Of a stretch of 64,000 nucleotides of DNA, positions 60,808-64,000 are shown one piece after another (within the stretch, counting starts at the first letter, position 1; every line of letters begins with the position of its first letter). Position numbers and translations under genes: made by a program. The notes below the pieces were generated by a model. The model was not told the origin of the DNA, searched no databases, and was given only the letters and a program-made list of their open reading frames with translations. Origin of the DNA: a bacterium (GTDB lineage Bacteria; Krumholzibacteriota; Krumholzibacteriia; G020349025); contig JANLSU010000106.1 in assembly GCA_031362565.1 (NCBI GenBank), forward strand, positions 1-64,000, written 5' to 3'.

Positions 60808-61902
60808 CTAGGACTCCGTTCGCGGTGCGTTCGGCGGTGCGACGCGCGCCAGCACTTTTTCGACGGCGGCGACGACCGCATCGACGCTGATGTTTTCCAT
60901 GCATTCGTGCGTTGGACGCATGCAGGGCCGGCTGCCGTTCTTCGAACAGGGCGAGCAGGACGGCGGATCCCGCAGCAGCACGCTCTCCGGCCGGTACGGC
61001 GCGTAGCCGAATTGCGGTGACGTGGGTCCAAAGATCGCCACCACGGGCCTCCCGACCGCTTCGGCAATGTGCAAGAGGCCGCTATCGTTGACGACGGCGA
61101 CATGGCAACGCGCCAGCACGGCGGCCGTCGTCAGCAAGTCGAGCGATCCGGCGAGCGGGACGGCGCGTCCGGGTGCGCCGAGCGCCACGACGCTTGCGAG
61201 GCTGCGTTCCGCCGCTCCGCCGAGAACCAAGACACGGTGCGCCGGGTCGCGGCTCAAGCGCTCGACGAGCGTCGCAAAGCGCTCGGCAGGCCAGCACTTG
61301 CTCGGCCAACGTGCCCCCGGTACGACGGCGATGCAGCGTTCGCCGGCTCGCACTCCGGCGGCGGTGAGTGCGGCGTCCGCCAAAAGGTGCGCGCTCGGCG
61401 CGACGACGAGTCGCGTGTCGGAGAGTGCCGGCCGGAGGCCGAGCCGCACGAGCGGCGTCAGCATGCGAGCCCGCAGCGAGCGCGCGCCGCCGAAGTGCGC
61501 ATACAAATCACGGTGCAGGGCGACCAGAATCGCGCGCGGCACCGTCTGCTTGTCGAACCCGGAACGCAAACGGCGCCGCAATCCGGCCGTCAGCACCCGC
61601 GAGCGGACGCTGGCGTGCAGATCGAAGACGTGCGCCCACGGTGTACGCGCCAGTTCCGACGCCAGCCCGAGGAGTCCGAAGAGGCCCAAGCGGCGCCGCA
61701 CCGCGACGACGCGTTCGACGCCCGGCAATGCCAGCGCGACTTCGGCCAAGTCTTCACGGACGACGAAAGTGACTCGTGACTCCGGCCACACCGACGACAG
61801 GCTGTCCAAGAAAGCCGACGTGAGGACGACGTCGCCGAGCGACGAGAGCCGCAACACCAGAACCGCACCGTTCACCCGAGACCCCCATTCAGGGTTCGGC
61901 AT
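60808..61902 (-). CDS. waaF: GT9 LPS heptosyltransferase
   Basis: RLSSLGDVV, PGARWPSKCWP, NDSGLLHIA, FGPT; start may be GTG 61875. Confidence 0.85.
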   Translation of the reverse strand: MPNPEWGSRVNGAVLVLRLSSLGDVVLTSAFLDSLSSVWPESRVTFVVREDLAEVALALPGVERVVAVRRRLGLFGLLGLASELARTPWAHVFDLHASVRSRVLTAGLRRRLRSGFDKQTVPRAILVALHRDLYAHFGGARSLRARMLTPLVRLGLRPALSDTRLVVAPSAHLLADAALTAAGVRAGERCIAVVPGARWPSKCWPAERFATLVERLSRDPAHRVLVLGGAAERSLASVVALGAPGRAVPLAGSLDLLTTAAVLARCHVAVVNDSGLLHIAEAVGRPVVAIFGPTSPQFGYAPYRPESVLLRDPPSCSPCSKNGSRPCMRPTHECMENISVDAVVAAVEKVLARVAPPNAPRTES

Positions 61903-62011
61903 CGTACCAGACGGAAACCGCGGGCGAGACGGATGGCGGGGGGGGTGCCGCCGGCGGCAAGGCCACGGCGCGGCGCGAAGGTGCTAGGATCCCGCCCGAG
62001 GTGACGGTGGG

Positions 62012-63274
62012 GTGTCCGCAGTTCGCTTCCTGATGTTGCTCGCGCTCTTGGGCTGTTCCGCTTTCTTCTCGGCGTCGGAAACGGCGCTTTTTTCGCTGCG
62101 TCCCAATCAACTCGACCACCTGCGCTCGCAACGCTTACGTGCGGCGCGCGCCGTCCTGGCTTTGCTCGAGCATCCGCGGCGGCTGTTGGTGACGGTTCTC
62201 GTCGGCAACACGACCGTCAACTTGCTCCTGTCCGTGCTCGCAACTGGCGCCTTCGTGAGTTGGCTGGGCGAGGAACGGGGCCTGCTCGTCGCCACGGTCG
62301 GCGTCACCATCGTGGTACTCGTGTTGGGTGAGATCGGGCCCAAGACGATGGCGGTCGGCCGCCCGGTGGGGGTGGCGTTGCGGCTCGCGGTGCCGCTTGC
62401 CGCCGTGCACGCGACGTTGTCGCCGGTCACCCGCGGCCTGGCGCGGCTCGCCGAACTGGCGAGTCATTTCGTCGCCCGGCGGGTGAAGCCGCGCGAAGCG
62501 GCGCTCAACGAAGACGAGATCAAGATGCTCGTCACCATGGGTTGGGAACAGGGCATCGTCGGGGTGCGCGAGAAGGAATTCATCCACAACGTTTTCGAAC
62601 TCGACGACCGGCAGGTCAAAGAAATCCTGACGCCGCGGTCGCGTGTCTTCGCCATCGATATCGAAGCGCCGGTGGCGGCGGTGCGGAGCGCGGTTCGGCG
62701 CGCCGGATTCGCGCGCGTGCCGGTCTTTGCCGAGACGCCGGAAAACCTCGTCGGCTATGTCGAGACGACGGATCTTTTGTGGGGCCGCGACGAACCCGAC
62801 CCGCGGCGTGTCGCCGACCTGCGGCGCGAGCTGCCGTTCTATCCCGAAACCAAGGGTGTCGGTGAGCTCCTGGCCGACATGCGCCGCACCGGACCCGAAA
62901 TCGCCGCGGTCGTCGACGAGCATGGCGACTTTGCCGGTGTCGTCTCGATGGAAGATGCGATCGAGCAGATCATCGGCGAAGTGTTCGACTTGCACGACCT
63001 CGACCGGTTGCGGTTCACCGGCTTGCCGGATGGCGATGTGCTCGTGGTGGCGCCAATGGAGCTGGCGGTGTTCAACGAACTTCTGGGAGTCCGGCTGCAC
63101 GACGGCGAGGCGAAGACCATCGGCGGTTTCGTGCTGAATCGATTGGGGCGCATTCCGCTCCGCGGTGAAACCTTGGAGACGCACGGCCTGCGACTGACCG
63201 TCGAGCAAGCGACTCCGAACCGTGTCATCCAATTGCGGGTCAAAAAACTGCCGCCGGCACCGGAGCGGCGATGA
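62012..63274 (+). CDS. CNNM/HlyC-CorC family protein (DUF21-CBS-CorC)
   Basis: SAFFSASETA, LVGN, GEIGPK, TPR, VVDEHG, EDAIEQIIGE, TIGGF. Confidence 0.9.
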   Translation: MSAVRFLMLLALLGCSAFFSASETALFSLRPNQLDHLRSQRLRAARAVLALLEHPRRLLVTVLVGNTTVNLLLSVLATGAFVSWLGEERGLLVATVGVTIVVLVLGEIGPKTMAVGRPVGVALRLAVPLAAVHATLSPVTRGLARLAELASHFVARRVKPREAALNEDEIKMLVTMGWEQGIVGVREKEFIHNVFELDDRQVKEILTPRSRVFAIDIEAPVAAVRSAVRRAGFARVPVFAETPENLVGYVETTDLLWGRDEPDPRRVADLRRELPFYPETKGVGELLADMRRTGPEIAAVVDEHGDFAGVVSMEDAIEQIIGEVFDLHDLDRLRFTGLPDGDVLVVAPMELAVFNELLGVRLHDGEAKTIGGFVLNRLGRIPLRGETLETHGLRLTVEQATPNRVIQLRVKKLPPAPERR

Positions 63275-64000
63275 CACTCTATCTAGCCGCCATCGCCACG
63301 CTCTTGTTGTTCTCGGCGCTGTTCTCGGCAACCGAGATCGCCGTCACCATGGCGAGCCGGGTGCGCTTGCGAACGCGCGCCGCCGGCGGCAGCCGGAGCG
63401 CGGCGCGTGCCGAGCGCTTGCTGTTGCATCCGGAAAAAGCCATCGCCGCGTGCTTGGTCGGCAACACGCTCGTTCAATGTTCGATGGCGGCGCTTGGGCG
63501 TACGGCGCTCATGGAGGTGGGGGGATTCCACACCGCTGCCGCCGAAGGTTTGACGACGCTCGTCCTCGTTCCTCTCGTCCTCGTGTGCGGTGAAACGGTG
63601 CCGAAGGCGCTGGCCCATACCTATCCCAACCGCACGTTGACGCGCCTCGCCTTGCCGCTGCAAATCGTCCGCTGGGTCTTGTGGCCGCTCATCCAAGTCT
63701 CGTTCGCGATCGCCGGTCTGGTGCGGCGCTTGGCCGGCCTGCGACCGGATCTGCGCGACGTGCTGTCGCGGGAAGAGTTGAAGCAGTTCGTGGCGCACAG
63801 CGAGAAACATGGCCACGTGGACCGGGACGAGCGCCATCTCATCGGCCAGATCGTCGAATTTTGGCGGCGCGACCCGGTGCGTTTTGCGCGCCGGCTCGAC
63901 GCGTTGCCGCATCTCTCGGTCGATGTCTTCGCCGGCGCCGCCAAGGAGTTCATGCGCGAGAACCGGTTGGGGCGCCTGGTGGTGACCGATTCCGCCGGCG
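63271..64000 (+). CDS. second CNNM (DUF21-CBS) family protein, 3' truncated by the window
   Basis: ATGA overlap; reads MTLYLAAIATLLLFSALFSATEIA...LVGN...GETVPK...SREEL; open to the window end (absent from the ORF track). Confidence 0.85.
   Translation, partial: MTLYLAAIATLLLFSALFSATEIAVTMASRVRLRTRAAGGSRSAARAERLLLHPEKAIAACLVGNTLVQCSMAALGRTALMEVGGFHTAAAEGLTTLVLVPLVLVCGETVPKALAHTYPNRTLTRLALPLQIVRWVLWPLIQVSFAIAGLVRRLAGLRPDLRDVLSREELKQFVAHSEKHGHVDRDERHLIGQIVEFWRRDPVRFARRLDALPHLSVDVFAGAAKEFMRENRLGRLVVTDSAG

Overview
GC-rich (visually about 65-70% GC), gene-dense bacterial chromosome segment. It contains about 52 CDS and one tRNA-Asp, with no recognisable IS, integrase, prophage or CRISPR array. 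Gene content (LPS genes, two giant C25/gingipain-family secreted proteins with C-terminal sorting domains, fused E1 and fused FTCD) suggests a diderm FCB-superphylum candidate lineage such as Krumholzibacteriota, Latescibacterota or Eisenbacteria; this is inference only. Main blocks in order: (1) a B12-dependent acyl-CoA mutase operon (meaB, split mutase with non-MCM active-site residues, CoA-transferase A/B overlapping by 50 nt, degenerate acyl-CoA dehydrogenase, hbd, crotonase, MFS); (2) a minus-strand run of acyl-CoA carboxylase, archaeal-like geranylgeranyl reductase plus ferredoxin, and a C25 protease; (3) ECF sigma/anti-sigma; (4) argF preceded by a Rex/CRP-like palindrome, a promoter and a ~108-nt rod-shaped RNA; (5) a PorU-like sortase and an O-antigen ligase; (6) murQ-anmK-spoIID-sixA; (7) zwf-opcA-pgl and FHA-GAF-PP2C; (8) FTCD, squalene synthase, fused 2-oxoacid dehydrogenase E1; (9) S9 peptidase preceded by a ~160-nt 6S-like rod and terminator hairpin; (10) waaF-waaA-radical SAM-ATP-cone kinase-MacAB-like ABC system; (11) two CNNM/CorC genes. 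The best leads are the atypical mutase operon and the two unannotated structured RNAs. All calls come from motif recognition by eye; no database search or folding program was run, and start codons are best estimates.
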